Source of the DNA: Haliotis cracherodii
Lineage: Eukaryota
Reading direction: 5' to 3'
Assembly (NCBI RefSeq): GCF_022045235.1
Contig: NW_027266297.1
Location: 37,324,001 to 37,388,000, forward strand
Length of the DNA: 64,000 nt
In this document: positions 37,991 to 53,800 of the stretch, one piece after another
How positions within the stretch are numbered: the first letter of the stretch is position 1
Layout of the letters: every line of letters starts with the position of its first letter
Notes under the pieces: model-generated
The model's database searches: none
What the model was told of the DNA's origin: nothing
The model's input: the letters and a program-made list of their open reading frames with translations, nothing else
Translations under genes and position numbers: made by a program

Positions 37991-38897
37991 AGAAGCTGAC
38001 ATCAGTTTAATTTAATTTCTGCAAGGGTCAAAGACCTGGACATTGTGAGACATTGTGAGAATTAACCAATTAATAAAATATTTGTTATCTTATGTGCTTG
38101 TTCAAACCAGATTTGAAATTCACAAATATTGAATTGTGAAAACAGCTGAGTACATAATTTATAAAAACAATCTCAAAATTAATAATATATAAAAAAAATA
38201 ATCTGTTTTCTGACAACATTTCAGTATTAGTGTTCTTCAAAAGATTTTGATTCATAATTCTTTTTTGATTTATGTATCTTGCTTCAAGAAACATTCACAC
38301 ATAACAGCTGTACATCCCTATCTTGTGAGAACTACCTCAGCCTTGTTCCAAAAAAGAAAGGGAGATGAATGCAGCGGGCATGTCTTCGACAAGCGACTGC
38401 TGAAAGAACAAGCTCTAACCCACATCTAGCAATCACAACCCAAATGAACCAGTCCAGCTAGTTTCAGGGTCTTAGCCTTGATTGGTAGATGATGGGGAAC
38501 AAGTATTACAATCTGGTCATCATCTTGAGACAATGATGTGCTAGGTGAAACACAGTCTATCTACAGCATACATATATTAGTTCACACAATCAATGCTGTG
38601 TAATTACCCACTGAAATGTGGCCCTACTGTGTGCTATGTGATATGTCCAAGTTTAAAAACTATGCTCCAAGCACCAGTATAACATGTCTGCATCGGAATC
38701 TCCATACAGACACAACCCACACACCCATGGGCCTCGTATCTGTACACTATATCACAAGTCTCCAGAGTACAATTGCAATCCATTCAGTGTGTGAGCCAGT
38801 TTGTTAAAATCACTTCATCCAGGGTCTGTTCCAATGGCATTCATCATTTGAGCTCAAATTGGAGTTCATATTATGATACGATTCTGTGGACCAATCA

Positions 38898-41800
38898 CTA
38901 GCTGAGTTCGAATCCTGAGTCGGACTCCACAGCGTACAGTAGCTTTGTCCTAAGCATCCCCTCTTCCTCCACCTCCGGCAGTTTGAGCAGGTTCATGCAG
39001 GTGCTTGCTGTCGGCAGTCGTTCTGGATCCTTTCCCGCGTTGTGAATACAGAAGGCTGGGTACAAGTCCTACAATACATTAAACAGATTTGACCATGAAC
39101 ACATCATAACATATGTGTGAGTCTTTAAAAGTATTCCTTGTTATTATATGGTATTTATAGTTCAGGACAGTGGTTTTATGAACAAATATGGGTTCATCTC
39201 AGCAACAGTAGGATCACATACAGACAGACTGTAAGATCTTGAAATGTTGTTGGCGGTATGTACTAAAAGTTCTTTAGCGGTAGGCTGTTAATTTAATTAA
39301 GCAGGGTTGGTAACTCTGCATTGCTCATAAACACATGTGCTCTTCAATATTGGATGTCGCACAATGTTCATTCGCTGAAGATGTATGTAGCATTGCACGA
39401 GCATATAAAACGGCATGTAGAATACAAAAATTTACAAATACTACTTCATAACACTGTAATGCAAGGATATTTCTAACCTACATTTATCAATGGTGTTTAA
39501 AGACTGGTAAATCATCAGTTTAAGACCTTTCCTAATTGTTCATACCTTATACAACAGCATGCGACTTTAGCATGATTAGGGAGTGATTCAAAATGGACTA
39601 TGTGTGAGCGAGTGAGTGAATTGGGTTTAACACTGATGTGAACAGTATTCTAGTTATATCACAGCGCGTCAGCCTGATGTGGGAAGAAAGCCCAGAGTGA
39701 TGCAGGTCACAGATGAAATCCACAAGCATGGGTATAGTGCTGACAAACCTAAAAACATAATCGGGGCAAACTGAGATTCGATCATATGCCCAAGGGACAC
39801 AACCATGCACAGCAAACTGCAGTGACTGAGACGACTTGGCCACCTGTGTCCCCACTAACACAGTTCAGTCTCATTACTTAATGAAGAACAATCACATGTC
39901 TACCCTTTGACACCTAATATTTCAGCTGATCCCGGGGATGAGTCTCCTCAACAATCTGCCTACCTTGAAACCCAGCAGCGGAGGCCGAGAACAGCTAGTG
40001 ACAAACTTCAGGAGTTGTCGTTTCTGCTGATCAGTGAAGGTTGCCACAGCATTCCAGAACATCTTGATGACATTGTGGTCTTCAGTGTAACCACCTGGAA
40101 CAGAGCAACACTACCTGAACAAATCTTTCACTCTTCGTGGTTTACAATACATGCTGGTTGCTGTTTCGGTCAAATCAACATTTAAACACAACTTAAATGA
40201 TAGATGTATATGTGATTGAACAGTTCCCTTGTTATGATCCTATTTCAGAATGATGACATCAGTAGTTGGGCAATGTTATATTTTTACCATGCTTATAACT
40301 GATCAGGGACATATGAACTATATGAATGCATATCCATGAAATCAATGACATCATCAAATGATCAAATGTCAGACAACTTGCAAAGTCAGCCATGGGACCA
40401 GAAAACCAATGACCAATAGTCTGATGATTGTTGTAATGACAGGATGAGAAGCTAAGCTATGCAAATATGAATCCAAATTTGAGCTACCCCTAGGTAGGGC
40501 TGTATATCTAGATAGTAAGATACGATACACAGTATGATGCATGGAAACTTGATACTTGATATGCTAAGGAAACATTTTCATTATGGAAGGAAAGGACAGT
40601 TGATAATTGCCCAACTTATACATATTTTGTAGATTTGAGCTAATAAATAATACACTGGCTTGAGATCTCATACAAGCAGTAAATACCACTTTACAGTTTA
40701 TATTCCTCCTATTCTACCTGTCACCCTTACCTATACTTGGATTGCCTTGTTTTGAGACTGGAAATACCGATACAAACATTAGCTGACTTGTTACACCCCA
40801 ACATTAAGGTTGAGCAAGGGTATTGTTTGTTTGTTGTTTATCGCAGTTCTAAGCAATATTCCAGCTATAAAATTCAGTCTGTAAACAATCGAGTCTGGAC
40901 CAGACAATCCAGTGATTGACATCATGAGCATGGATCTAAGTAACTGGGATACGATGATATGCATCAACCAAGTCAGTGAGTCTGACCAGTCGATACTGTT
41001 AGACGCCTATAACAACAAGCATGGGTTGCTGATGACCAATTGTAATCTTGATCTTCATAGGGGAGTAAGAGGTTGGGGTGGTTGGAAGCAAGGGTATTAG
41101 ATGCCTATTTTGCATAAACATTATGGAAACCCTACTAAAGATTCTATGTGTAATTCACTACAATGCGTCCTACCGGAGTAGTTGGTGTGGCGCCGAAGGT
41201 CATCAATGTCTATGGGGACGGTTGCCCCGGAGATCAGGACCTGCAACTCCGTGGGATCAAACATCTGAAGCCACTCAATGGAGATGACATCAGCCATTCC
41301 TTGTCGAAATGCAGTACAGTGGGTGCGGATCTGCGGGCAGGACAAAATGATTACTTAAACTTTCAAAGTTAACTTCTTATCCATTTTGATAATACTTACC
41401 TACTGAAGTATGAACAATATCTCTATATGTGATCCAATGCAACTGCTCTTAATGCCTACAAAGGTAAACGTTGTGATTTTGATCAGATGAATTTTCTTGT
41501 ATTTCAATATGACAATAGGTCAATAGAATATTTTGTATTATTATCAGTATGATCGGGATCACTGTACTTGTCTATGACAGATCCCATGACGTGTACCTGT
41601 TTATTGATCTTGTAGTCCGCCATGAGGTGTATATACTCGATCCTGTTGTTGGCTGTCACAGCAATGTTCTTCCCACCAGCTTTCAACTCTTCCAACTGCG
41701 TTGAGAAGAAAGTGACACACTATAAACCTTGCCTGACTGTAATATGATGATCAATGCAAACTCTCACCATTTAATTAACAAACGGCTAATAAACTAACCA

Positions 41801-44800
41801 GTTACAAATGTGTTAGATATATGCTTTGCTGAGGTAACTCAGACCAAAACACAGCATAGGTGAAGTGAAATTGGGTTTAATGTCACGTCCAAGATTATTG
41901 TACTTATATAGCGACATGCATGCCTTCATTTGTGCGTGTGGCTGCTTGTATTAGACCGGACTGATGCCGATTTATAGTGCTAGCCCACTGAGATACCATG
42001 AAACAGTTTAACATGAATACCCCACTCAGACACAGTATACTGACTCCGAGCTGACCAGTCCTTGTTTTAGCCCCTTAATGCAGAGTGCCAGACAGGGTAA
42101 CAACAAGTACCATCTTCTAACGTCTTTTGGTATGACGCGGCCGGGGATCTATCCCCGGAGCTTCTGCTCTCTGGGAGAACACTGTATAGACAGGCTATAT
42201 AATCTAGCATATGATTTTTAAGGTTTCTGCAGATGGGGGTCACATTATAGACACTGATATACAGTATTTGAAACAAAGAACTGAATCTAAAAAATTGCTT
42301 TGATCAAGATGATCAAGTTTAGGTTCTCAGAATGCATACAAAGCAGATTCAGAATATTCTTTTGAAAGTCAGATTATTTCTGTTGTTATCACTGGTTGTA
42401 TTGGTTTGTAAACTCGTCTGTAACTCACTGCTCACATTAGCAACTGGCACTATGCAATGCTGTCATATTGATAAAAACTCACCACAGTCTCTCCAAATTC
42501 ACTGTTTACTACTGTAAAGTCCAGACCCAGATCAGACACATCCCCATCATATGTCTTTAAGAATAAAAGGTTCCTACAAATCATGAAAAAAAGTAAATTA
42601 GTAAAATCTAAATATTTTTTACATTTGTATACACCCACATATTAACACACAAACAAGTGAAAGTAATATGCAAGAAATACATCACCCATCGCAGACGTAA
42701 TTAAGTGTGGTAGGAGAAGCTAACCACCAATTTAAACAAAAGGCTGGAGAGCCAAGGGAAGACACATCCTTTCTGGTCGGCGACAAGCGGTATATTATTT
42801 GATGTGATGTCACATCTGGTCACACGACAGTGGCAATGGCCCTACAAAAAGCGGGACTTGAGATGGAAACATCCTTTTCTCTTTCACCCAGGACCATTGC
42901 TAGGCGCTGTCTCTTCTAGTCGTAAGGTAAGCAGTAAATGCATTGAGGATTAATGCAGGATAAGTAAAAAATTTGATTAATGACTTAATATTAATTACAG
43001 AAATAAAGTTGTTATTCAGAAACACTTATAAGGGCAGACTGTGGTCGGCGGATCTGTAAACCGAGGGAAAAAATGTAAGACCTAAAAACTGGTGATATAT
43101 CCGAAGAACTCACTTGTACATGACAGGATCCATAGACTGCAGATGATGGATGTCAAGATTGGCACTATGTCGACTCAACATCTTTGCCAGAAAGAAGCTG
43201 GCAAAAGGAAGCTCCACCAGCATGTTTTCATAGATCGCCTGACAAGGAGAGAGGCACACATAAGCAATAGGAGTAACAAAGGCACAATTCCAAATAACAA
43301 GCAACAACTGTAGGCATGTAGCAGTGAACCCTGCAGAGTTCCCAGGGCCAGCAATCATAGGTTGAGTTAGCCGCAGTTCGAGAAGGCAGATACTGGACCA
43401 TGGTGATAATACAGATTCATTATATAAATACAGGGTAGAGATAATGGAGTTTCACTACCATGCATGATGGCTAAGGGACACAACTCTGGATATTATCATG
43501 CTATATATACGACTGGGCCAACTGGGCCCCTATAGATATGGTGCTATTTAGGATTACTCTAGCAAGCAACATGATGGGAGAGTGAATACAAGTGTTTTAG
43601 AAGGAAGTCGGCAACAGTCCAGCTGTATCACAGCACCATGAACATGATCTGGTCTGGTCAACGCAAACCTGTGGTTCACACCATGAGAAATGGTCCATGT
43701 CATCAACATCATACTACACAGTAGAAGTTAGAGAACACCCAAATTTCCTATGACGTGAGTGATTATCTCTAGTCATACTAAAACCAGGGTGTTATTTAAT
43801 TATTTTTATATATGATGAAAGCAACATGAACGCAGCAATCAGGACAATTTCACACGAACAGGACCTAACAAGATCTTTAAGTTGATCGAGCAGTTGTCCT
43901 ACCTTGCCAAGCATGCGACCGAGGAAGAAGTAGTGTTTGGTGTAGTCCTCCACAAGCACCTGCGCCTGTGGGTTGGGGTACAGCAGTCTGTCCACTGTAT
44001 ACTTGAAGAAGCCTCTGTTAGGATCAAAGCCAGTCTTGAGAAGTTCGGACAGGAATTCTCGAAAGATACCACCACCGTCGATGCCAGCCTCGTCCAGACC
44101 TGCTGCGTTTATAAGCTGTATCCTCATCTTCAGTTTCATGTTGGGCTCTTAATGGAAGTAGAAATAGAGACATGATAAACACTGACTTAACTGACACATG
44201 CTTTTCACTTGCAAAAACACACAAACATGATGTGGACACTTGTAAATTTCAAAGCAAAGATCATGAAACACATACTATCAAAGATAATAGTATTAATAGT
44301 CATACAACTTGTAACTTGATGGATGTAGCTGATCAAAAGTTTAATATACATTTATCTAAATGAAATATGATCGCTTACCATTTTCTGGAGAAAGTTTGTC
44401 AAAAGCATCCTCGTATATGTAGTTTCTCCTGATCATGACATTGATTGACGGCCCCATCATGAAGTTGGACATATCACCCTGAGATTCCTCCTTGTCAGCA
44501 TTTATCAAGCGCTGCAGGATCTGTTGAGAAGCACCATCATGTATAGGATCAACATGTTATAGTGAGTGAGTGAGTAAGTGACTAAGGTTTTACGCCACTT
44601 TTAGCAATATTCCAGCAATATCACAGCGGAGAACACCAGAAATGGCTTCACATATTGTACCCATGTCAGGAATCGAAACCGCGTCTTCGGCGTGACAAGC
44701 TAATGCTTTAACCACTAGGCTACCCGACCGCCCCTCAACATGTTATAGAGCATATATTATAGAATGTTGTGTTATGTTATAGAGTGTTACACATGTATAA

Positions 44801-47800
44801 TACATAGCAACCTGACCTGAGTGTCTTCTGAGATCTATGGCAGAAAGATTAGTCATTTGATTGTGATGTCATGGTAACAGGTGATGTAATGCAACCTAAT
44901 TGTAGCCCCAAAGTGATATCTCCTGTGTAAGCCAGTTCTGGATGATAAATAGAGAATCTCACCCGAGTGCCTTTTGATATCAAATATATCAACACGAGTT
45001 GATAAAAGTGGAAAAATTCCGAGGCTTGCCAAGGATTTTTGCCACTTTTATCAACGAGTGTTGATATATTTGATATCAAAAGACACGAGGGTGAGATTTT
45101 ATTTATCATCCAACATCATTCTTCCAACTTTTTCAATTTGTAGACAGTAATGAACAGTGTCTTCAGTGTAAAAAGTACTGCTATCAGCTTCAGTAGCAGA
45201 GCCATTAGTGATGTCATTTGATTGTGACATCATGGTAACCACTGACGTCACAATGGTCTGCAAAGCATTGTGATGTAATTTCATTGCAGCGATATCTACA
45301 GTGTAGATATCGCTTGATCTAATCCAAGCGATATCTCCTGTGGGAGCCAGTTTTGGATGATAAATATCTAATCCAAAATGACCTCATTGACTGAGTAAAA
45401 AAAAAAGTAACATAAAAAAAATCATTCTACTGCCAAACAATGAGGCCTACCAAGAGGCTGACACTGGACCTAAAGTCTGTCACAAATGTCACGGCCACAT
45501 TTTCAAATCATTAGCTCTGGGTAATCCAACCCATACAGTGTTGGATCAAGCTAATACCATGGGGGCCTTATACACTGTTATCATTGAATTATATTACTAG
45601 TAATTGTACATGAAGATTTTCTAAAATATATCTTGAGAATGCAAAATTGAATTGCTCTCGAATTCAGTTGGTCCAATTACCCTCACAGTTATCCATTACC
45701 AAAACATGTCTAATTTCAGCAACACCAACCAAATGAAAATAGAATTTCTTGCAAGTTGGATAACATGGAATACTTTGACGTTTGACAAGGGCTCACTTTA
45801 ACTCTGTCGAAGAAGGACACAACGAATGGCAGCTCAGTAAGAATGACTAGATTCCTCACATCCCGATTGGCCAATGGTGGTCCATCATCTTCTGCAAGTA
45901 GTGAATGACAGAAATAATAAAACGGTAACTGGTAATTATGTACTTAAAATAGCAGGTATTCTATGTTAGATATGGTCAACAAGCTTTAAGTCAAAATTAA
46001 TATTCTCGAAATGGTTTGAAATGTCTTTTTCTCCCATTTATTGAACTTCCAAAACAACTTACCAAAGTTGGTCTTTGTGAGAGTCCTGAGAACACCAAAT
46101 GGCCTCCTCACAAACACAGCATTCTGGGCCCGATAAATCTGCGAGGGCTGAAAACAGATTATCACAGCCTAAGTATTTCTTATTTCTTATTGTAGAACCA
46201 ATACATTCCTCACAAGAATTCAGTTTTGTATTAGATTTATTTTGTATAGCTTTTTACACGATTATTTAAAAAAATTCACGAAAGGTTTATGATACATACC
46301 AGTTCTCATACTAGAATCATTCTATTATGAAGTTTTAAATTAACTGAATTATTATCATCAAGTGCTCATAAACTTCTCTGTTTTTACCTTGTCTGCATTA
46401 ATCTGTATGTGGTCTGCCAACCAATGACCAAATGAACAATATGGCCTCCTGGAATTCCTGGTATGTAACTGGCGAACTAAATTGGAAATAACCTACAACA
46501 AAATAAAGTTAATCTTGAAAAGATTTATTAACAAAGATTAATATCTCAAAGGACATTTTTACTGATGATGCCGCCAGAAACTGATCGAATGCAACATATA
46601 ACTCTAATCATTTTACACCAAATTCTAATTTAGCTTAGCATAAACATTGAGTGTTTGTTAGTTGTTTAACGCCACTCTCAGATATGATGGTGGTCTGTAA
46701 ATAATCGAGTCTGGACCAGACCGCACTGATCGATATCATGAGCATCAATCCACCTAATTGAGATACGATGACATGCATCAACCAAGTGGCCTCTCATGAC
46801 AAGCGTAGTCACCTTTTATGGCAAGCATGGGGTGCTGTAGACCTATTCTAACCCGGAACTTCATAGGTATAGAGTGCATAATGAGATATATGAAGATATC
46901 GAATCACAAAAGTGACTCATCACTGTAGATATGGTCACTATTTCCCTTATCCTGTTCTTGTTTACGGGAGGGACTCATTTATCATCACCTTAAACAGGTA
47001 CGCCCACTGGCGTGTCTCCTCTTCCTCCTCCTCTCCCACCATCTCCCTGTTCCTGATCCCCGTCTTCTGTAATGCTAGTCGGTAATCATCATTCACAGCT
47101 CGCTTGGCGTCCGGGTGGGCCAGTTCAATGATGCCGAGACAGGCATCTCTCAGTGCTCGACTCATCGGAACCAGCTCATCTATTCTAAATGGCATACTTG
47201 TGCTTTGCTCTGGAGAGAAAACCGTGTCACTCATGAACAAACAGGAAATAATACTTGCATCATGACTTGGATGACAGACACTTTGCTTCTTGTTTTCATG
47301 AAATAGAAACCACATATAAAACAAGGTAACTATCAAATCTAATGTAACAAGTAAAGAAAATATGGGTCTTCGTTTTGTTCACTTGATTAGAAACTTTCAT
47401 GTCAGTGTTTGTCTATTGTTACTGCTGAAATTTAGACATGTTAGAGCTGTATGATGACGGACAGAAGTTTGAGTGACATGTGATGGGATTAGTATCCTTG
47501 GAAGTGTATCTACATCTCTGTTTAATGTGAGTGAGTGAGTTGTGTTTAACTCCCGCTTTTAACAGTATTCCAGTTATATCACAGCGTGCCAGCTTAATGT
47601 GGGAGGAAAACCCGAAGTGATGCAGGTCTTAGATGTTTACCACTTGGGTGAAACCCACGAGCACGGGTATGGTGCTGACAAGCCTAGAAACATAATCGGG
47701 GCAAAAACCAAGATTCAAACCCACAATCATAGGTTTCTGGCATGCCCAAGGGATGCAACTCTGCACAGTGAATTGAGCCACCTGTGGCCCCCTGTTTAAT

Positions 47801-50800
47801 GTGGGAAGATGAGGTGAGGTGAAATCGGGTGCAATGTTGTGTTCAAGACTGTTGCACTTATATAGTGACATGCATGCATGTGTGTGTAATTGGCTGCTTG
47901 TGTGCTAGCCAACTGAGATACATGCCGCAGTTTAATATGAATACCCTATTTAGACACAATATACTGACTACGATCCGACCAGTCCTTGTTTTAGCCCTTT
48001 ATTGCTGAGGGTCGGGCAGGATAACAACAAGTACTATTTTGTAACGTCTTTTGGTATGAGGCAGCAGGGGATCGACCCCCAACCTTCAGCTCTCCGGGCA
48101 GACGCTCTATCACTAGACCACGGAGGCGGTCTAATGTGGGAAGAATGCCCAAAGTGACACAGGTTGAAGATGATTACCACTTTGGAGAAATCCACAAGGA
48201 AAGGTATTGGGCTGAAGGCCAAGGATTAAATTCAAGGTAAATCTGGTATTTTGAACCAGCCATTCCTCAGATACCCTTCAAAGATGTTAAAATGTAAAGC
48301 ATGGTTTACCTTGATTATCACCATAGAAGTCCGCATCGTGTAGCGTCAGGAGAGAGTGACTGAACATGGAGCAGAATACAGACAGGAGCGGCACAATACG
48401 GTTCACATCCGTCTTCAACATCGGTAAACCTCGAGCTAACATCAGAATCAAGGAGGTGCTTGAACTGCAACCAAAACATATTTTGTTAACCATCGAAGAT
48501 TTGATACAAGATGTTACATGTGCATGAATTATTGATTATGTTGTGATGATGGTTGTTTATATGCTGTAAATAATTTAGAACGTGTGACACTATAATAAAC
48601 TGCTTCAGACAGACAACAAGACACCTTGCACTACAATATTATATAGAAAACGAAACAAGTATTACCAATTTTATGACACTAGTGAATTGTTCTGGTATCT
48701 GACTGACTGACTGACTGAGTATGGTTTTATGCCGCTTTTAGCAATATTCCAGCAATATCACGGCAGGGGACACCAGAAATGGGCTTCACACATTGTACCC
48801 ATGTGGGGAATCAACCCGGGTCTTCGGCGTGACGAGCGAACGCTTTAACCACTAGGCTACCCCACTGCCCCTGTTATGGTATCTGACGAGTTTCATAAAA
48901 TTGGTATTACACAAGAGAGAGTTTTGCATGTTTAGTATTTTATTTATTACTTTCATATTAAACTGTCGTGTGTAAATGGGCGGCAGACCCAGCATAATCC
49001 AGTTTAAATATTACAGAATAATACTTCAAACACATTAATAGCTGAAACATAATTATTTAATACCAAACAATTGCCTACCTTTGAATTCAGTGTTCCGTTC
49101 CACAAAGCCATCGTTGCACTCAGGTGATCGTAACACCTATATTTTAACATAGACATTCGACTGTCGTTGCGCTACGATCACTTTCATGAACGGGGCCCTT
49201 AATCACAATACCCTGTGACGTAATTTGTGAAATTTTGTTGCAAGATACACCGGCGAAACAATGGCATGTGACGTCAGCATAGTAACAGGGTTGCTGGTGT
49301 CATCAAGTGAACATAAGCTCCTCTCAGTGATCAATCATCTCTAAACATAATGTCATTGAACGAGTCCAGCGATGTTGAGAGTTTTCAATATTTGTTAGTG
49401 AATCTAATTCCCACAGTACACAAGCACGCGCCTTGGTATGAAACACTGTAATACCAGCTTATTGTCATTAAACAGTGGTATCTTCAACAGGCGAGTAACA
49501 AAGCAAGATACCAGACACAGGTGTGTTCCTTCACTCTCTGTTTACAATCAAACAGGTACATGCTAGAATGATGACAGTCAGGTGGCAGTCTGTACTCACC
49601 CAGTGACAGTCGGTGTGGACACTGAGGCACACGTGTACCAGAGGTTGCGTATCACTTTAGTGTTGAATGCCAGACTGTACAGTAACCTACAAGATAAAAG
49701 CAGTGGCAAATGAATATTTGACAAATAACCAAACAAACTGATTGATGTCAGTTTAAATATGTATAACTATGTACCTATGTCCATACAGTACATGTGTAAT
49801 GATCTGCAGATGTAGTGTTGTACAGTAATCAAAACAGTCAAAGGGCATTGAGGGCGATACTCTAATATGTTCACAATTGAAAAACAACAACAAGCAGTTA
49901 GTCAAATTAGATATAACTAAGATAATGATAGGTTACTCCCAAGGTAACACTATTAATATGGTTAAGTGAAGATGAGCTAATTTGGCCCCACGGGTGTCAT
50001 GCATAATGAGTCAATGATCAAGGGGAGATAATCTGGGTAATCTGAACCCAGTTGATAAAAAAATGTATTAAAAAAATTCATTAACTCAATCTGTGCACAT
50101 GTAGTGAGTTACACCTTCAAACAGAAAGGAGTAATGAGAATTAAGATCTTTAATGTCAAAGAGGAAAATACAACCTCACATAAAACATGCATAATTGCCA
50201 TGGAGGACATAGTCCTACTGGTCAAGGGGAGATAATCTGTGATGACTACAGTTGCCATACCTCAGCCTGTGTACTGACAGCCTCTGCTGAGACAGTAGTG
50301 TGTGGCAGATGACAGACACGGCCTCCAGCAGCTGGCTATCAGAGTTCCGCTGAAGACAGTTGAACATACAATGAAGGTGCCCGGGAGAGTCTAGCAATCG
50401 GATACATTCCTCGCGAAGGTCAGACAGACTGGCAAATCCATAGTCCTGAAACCAACAACAAATCATCCAGGTTCATGTCACAAAATTAAAATTAAAATAA
50501 AGTTCTTGAAGCTTTCATCACAAACTGAGCGTAAACCAAGTGTGTCAGCAACATTCCTACCTCATCAACTGCCATATCTTCCTCCTCTGAGTCGTCATCC
50601 ATGTCAATATTTTTAGGTTTGGGAAGCTGCGGCAGTAAGTGCTGGAGCAGCTGCATGTAAGCATAGCTGTTTGCAGATGTCAGGTCACCTATGCGATCAG
50701 AAACAATAAAACATTTCAAACATCAACTCGATTTGACTTCATTCAAAAGTTTCATTCCCCTAAAAATATTTAAGTAAATTTGACAAATTTGAACTTACAA

Positions 50801-53800
50801 CATCATGATTATCATAATTATCTGCACATTAACAATTCAACAAACAAATGAAAATAACCCCCAAAAAACAAACATTTATTCATCACTTAACAAAGTTAAA
50901 AAATTTGAATAATTATGCCATTTCTTTCCAGAAAGTCTATTCCCCTAAAGAGTTTATATCCTGATTACCAGAATTTCATGACATTACACTTTACCAACAT
51001 AGCATTCAGTGTAGAAAGTCCCAGACATGACTTACCGATATACTTGTCTGCCAGAGTGAGAACTGCCGCAAGGAGCCAGGGACTTGGCTTCAGCTCTGGC
51101 TCCAGATGCCGTCGTTTGCTGGAACCGTTCTGGGACGTATGAGAGATCAGGCCTTGGATCAACTCCACGAACGGGAACGGGTATTTCCCATATGCCATTG
51201 CTGGTAGGAGGAACTGACTGATTTGATCCGTGTACCTCGGACACAGGAAGATGCGACATACACACTGCAGGACATAGTGGCTGAAGGAAAGAAAAGTGGC
51301 GACAAATATAACAGGATTCAAAATTACAAATTCCATCTTTAATTTGTGTGTGAATGATTTTACTTATATGTTTGACATTACTAAAATGCTGTCACAACTA
51401 GTCAGTAGAGTATATATTTACTTGTTACGATATCCTTTCACTATGATTCCTACACCAAGCTTCAAACTAGAATAATTGCCTACATTTTTAAACCTGATGA
51501 CAAATCTTTCTCTCCTGTGACGTATTTGTAAACTCCATTATCAGTATCAGAATGTGGTTCAAATGACAGGTGTTAATGCTATGACCTTTGGTTGTCATAT
51601 CGTCTAATGATTTATTATTCTCATATGTTGGCTGGTGTGATCTGAATCTGACATAAACTGTTACCTAAACGTCTTGTCAGTTGCTGATGCAGCAAAGCTT
51701 AATGGATTCATGATGAGTTCAAAGATGCTGGAGGCTGCTGGGGTTGGAGGGATGGTAGTCTTTTCAATACTAGAGGGAACTTTCTCTGTCAGCAATGTGT
51801 ACATACACTCAAAATAACCTGCAAACACAATGTGGCAATATCTAAATATCATTCATACTGTCATCCATAAAAGTATGTGACAAACAAACAACAACAATTC
51901 TCCATACCTTGTCACTTCCAAAATTACAAAGTTGTACTTATGAAATATAAAAAGAAAAAATATTATCTTCCCACAACAGTTGTCATCAGTGCCTCAGTTC
52001 ACATAAAAAGTGTACTCCCAGGACCCTGTTCCAAAAAGAAAACATAGCACTACGACTGTCGTAAGTCTATGTTAAAGTATAGGATTTACAATCACCAAAG
52101 CACTACGATCGCTTTGTGGAACAGGACCCAGGAATGAAAAGAACTCTTCATGGTAATAGCTGATGTACATCATTCACTAGATTAGGAGTTTGAAATAAAG
52201 GGGGGGCTTGCTGCTTGCTTTTAAATGTATTGAACCCCTTAACCTATATTTCTTTACATTAGGACTCCTCGACTTTGATGCCTAATTCCGAACACTGAGA
52301 TTGCATTCTAGATGGAATGAGTTTCCAAGTCTAACCTCTCTGAACTAGATAGCTGAGTATCTGGCGTGTCAGCTGTGCCTCCGTCTGACCTGAGAGTCCC
52401 TTTATACACACAAATGTCTTGGATGAGGTAAACAATTCTAACATTCTCATTGGCACAGCAACGGGAGATGAAGTAGAGGCAATGCTATTCAGGTATCTGC
52501 AAAGAAAAAGATGATGATATATATCAGGCAGTTTAAGATCATGTGACACATATTATCCAGTGGTTCAACTGTCTATAATTCCAGGGACAGTCGGGTAGCC
52601 TAGTGGTTAAAGCGTTAGCTTGTCACGCCAAAGGCCTGGGTTCGATTCTCCACATGGGTACAATGTGTGAAGCCCATTTCTGGTGTCCCCTGCCGTGATA
52701 TTGTTAGAATATTGCTACAAGCAACGTAATACCACACTCACTCAAGCTATAATTTCCATGTTCTGTTTGATGAGGACTTACATTCAAGCCTCAATCCAAA
52801 TCACATTAACTTGCAACCATGCAATTAGCAGATTAGTAACCCTATGCATTGACTCCACCTATATATTTTCAGGCTTTCACCATATTTGTAATGTTCAGCT
52901 TCCTTTTGGAATAAACCCTCATTAAAACAATAATTTTGAGTATATTTCACTGGATTGTTCACCAAGTTTAGTAGTACTAGCAGAAAACACAGTTTTTAAC
53001 ACAGATGATGAAATGTGATATTGCACCCAATAACTGTGGTTCAGATATCAGCATGGATATACAACTGCTGTTTTAGTTAGTATGGTTTTACGTTGCTTTT
53101 AGCAATATTCCAGCAATATCATGGAATGGGACACCAGAAATGGGCTTCACACATTGTATCCATGTGGGGAATTGACCCTGTCTTCAGCGTGTCAAGCGAA
53201 CACCTAACCACTAGCCCACCCCACTGCAACTCCTATTGTGTCAGCCTGGGAGAGTGAGTCTTATGACGCTTTTACCAATACTCAAACAATAACACTCCAG
53301 GGGACACCAGAAATGGGCCCATGTGGGGAATGAAACTGGGCCTTCGGCGTGACGAGCGAACGCTTTAACCATATAGCTACCCCACTGCCCTTTTAGCCTG
53401 GGTGTATTTGCTGACCTAAACATAATGAGTGGGGATATTGCTACACTACCTTACACACAGCACAAGAAGATGTTTGAGCTGCTGCAAATTCTTATTGGAG
53501 TGAGCCAAGGTCTGAAGATAGGCCTCCTTCTGCTTGATGATCTGCTGGCACACTGACACCTGTAACCATGACAACAGTTATGTGTGGAGTCTCAAATAAC
53601 ATACAAGCTAGGATAGGGAACAATTTCTCTGTGGATATCCATGCAATTTGGATTCTCTCTACCACATCTTCAGGTGTCATTATCTACTTGCTACGGGCAA
53701 CAGGTAGGGATGTCATCGTATACATCATATGTTGATACTATATTGACACAAATCTATTAATAACGATAACTTAATTAATAATTCACTTCCACAGAAATGT

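Noticed and set aside
40249-40302. C/D box-like ATGATGA...CTGA
   Set aside because: Antisense to the host gene UBE3C and no recognisable rRNA guide
46562-46590. CTGATGA..GAAA hammerhead-like motif
   Set aside because: Only a 2-bp stem II and no stem I pairing
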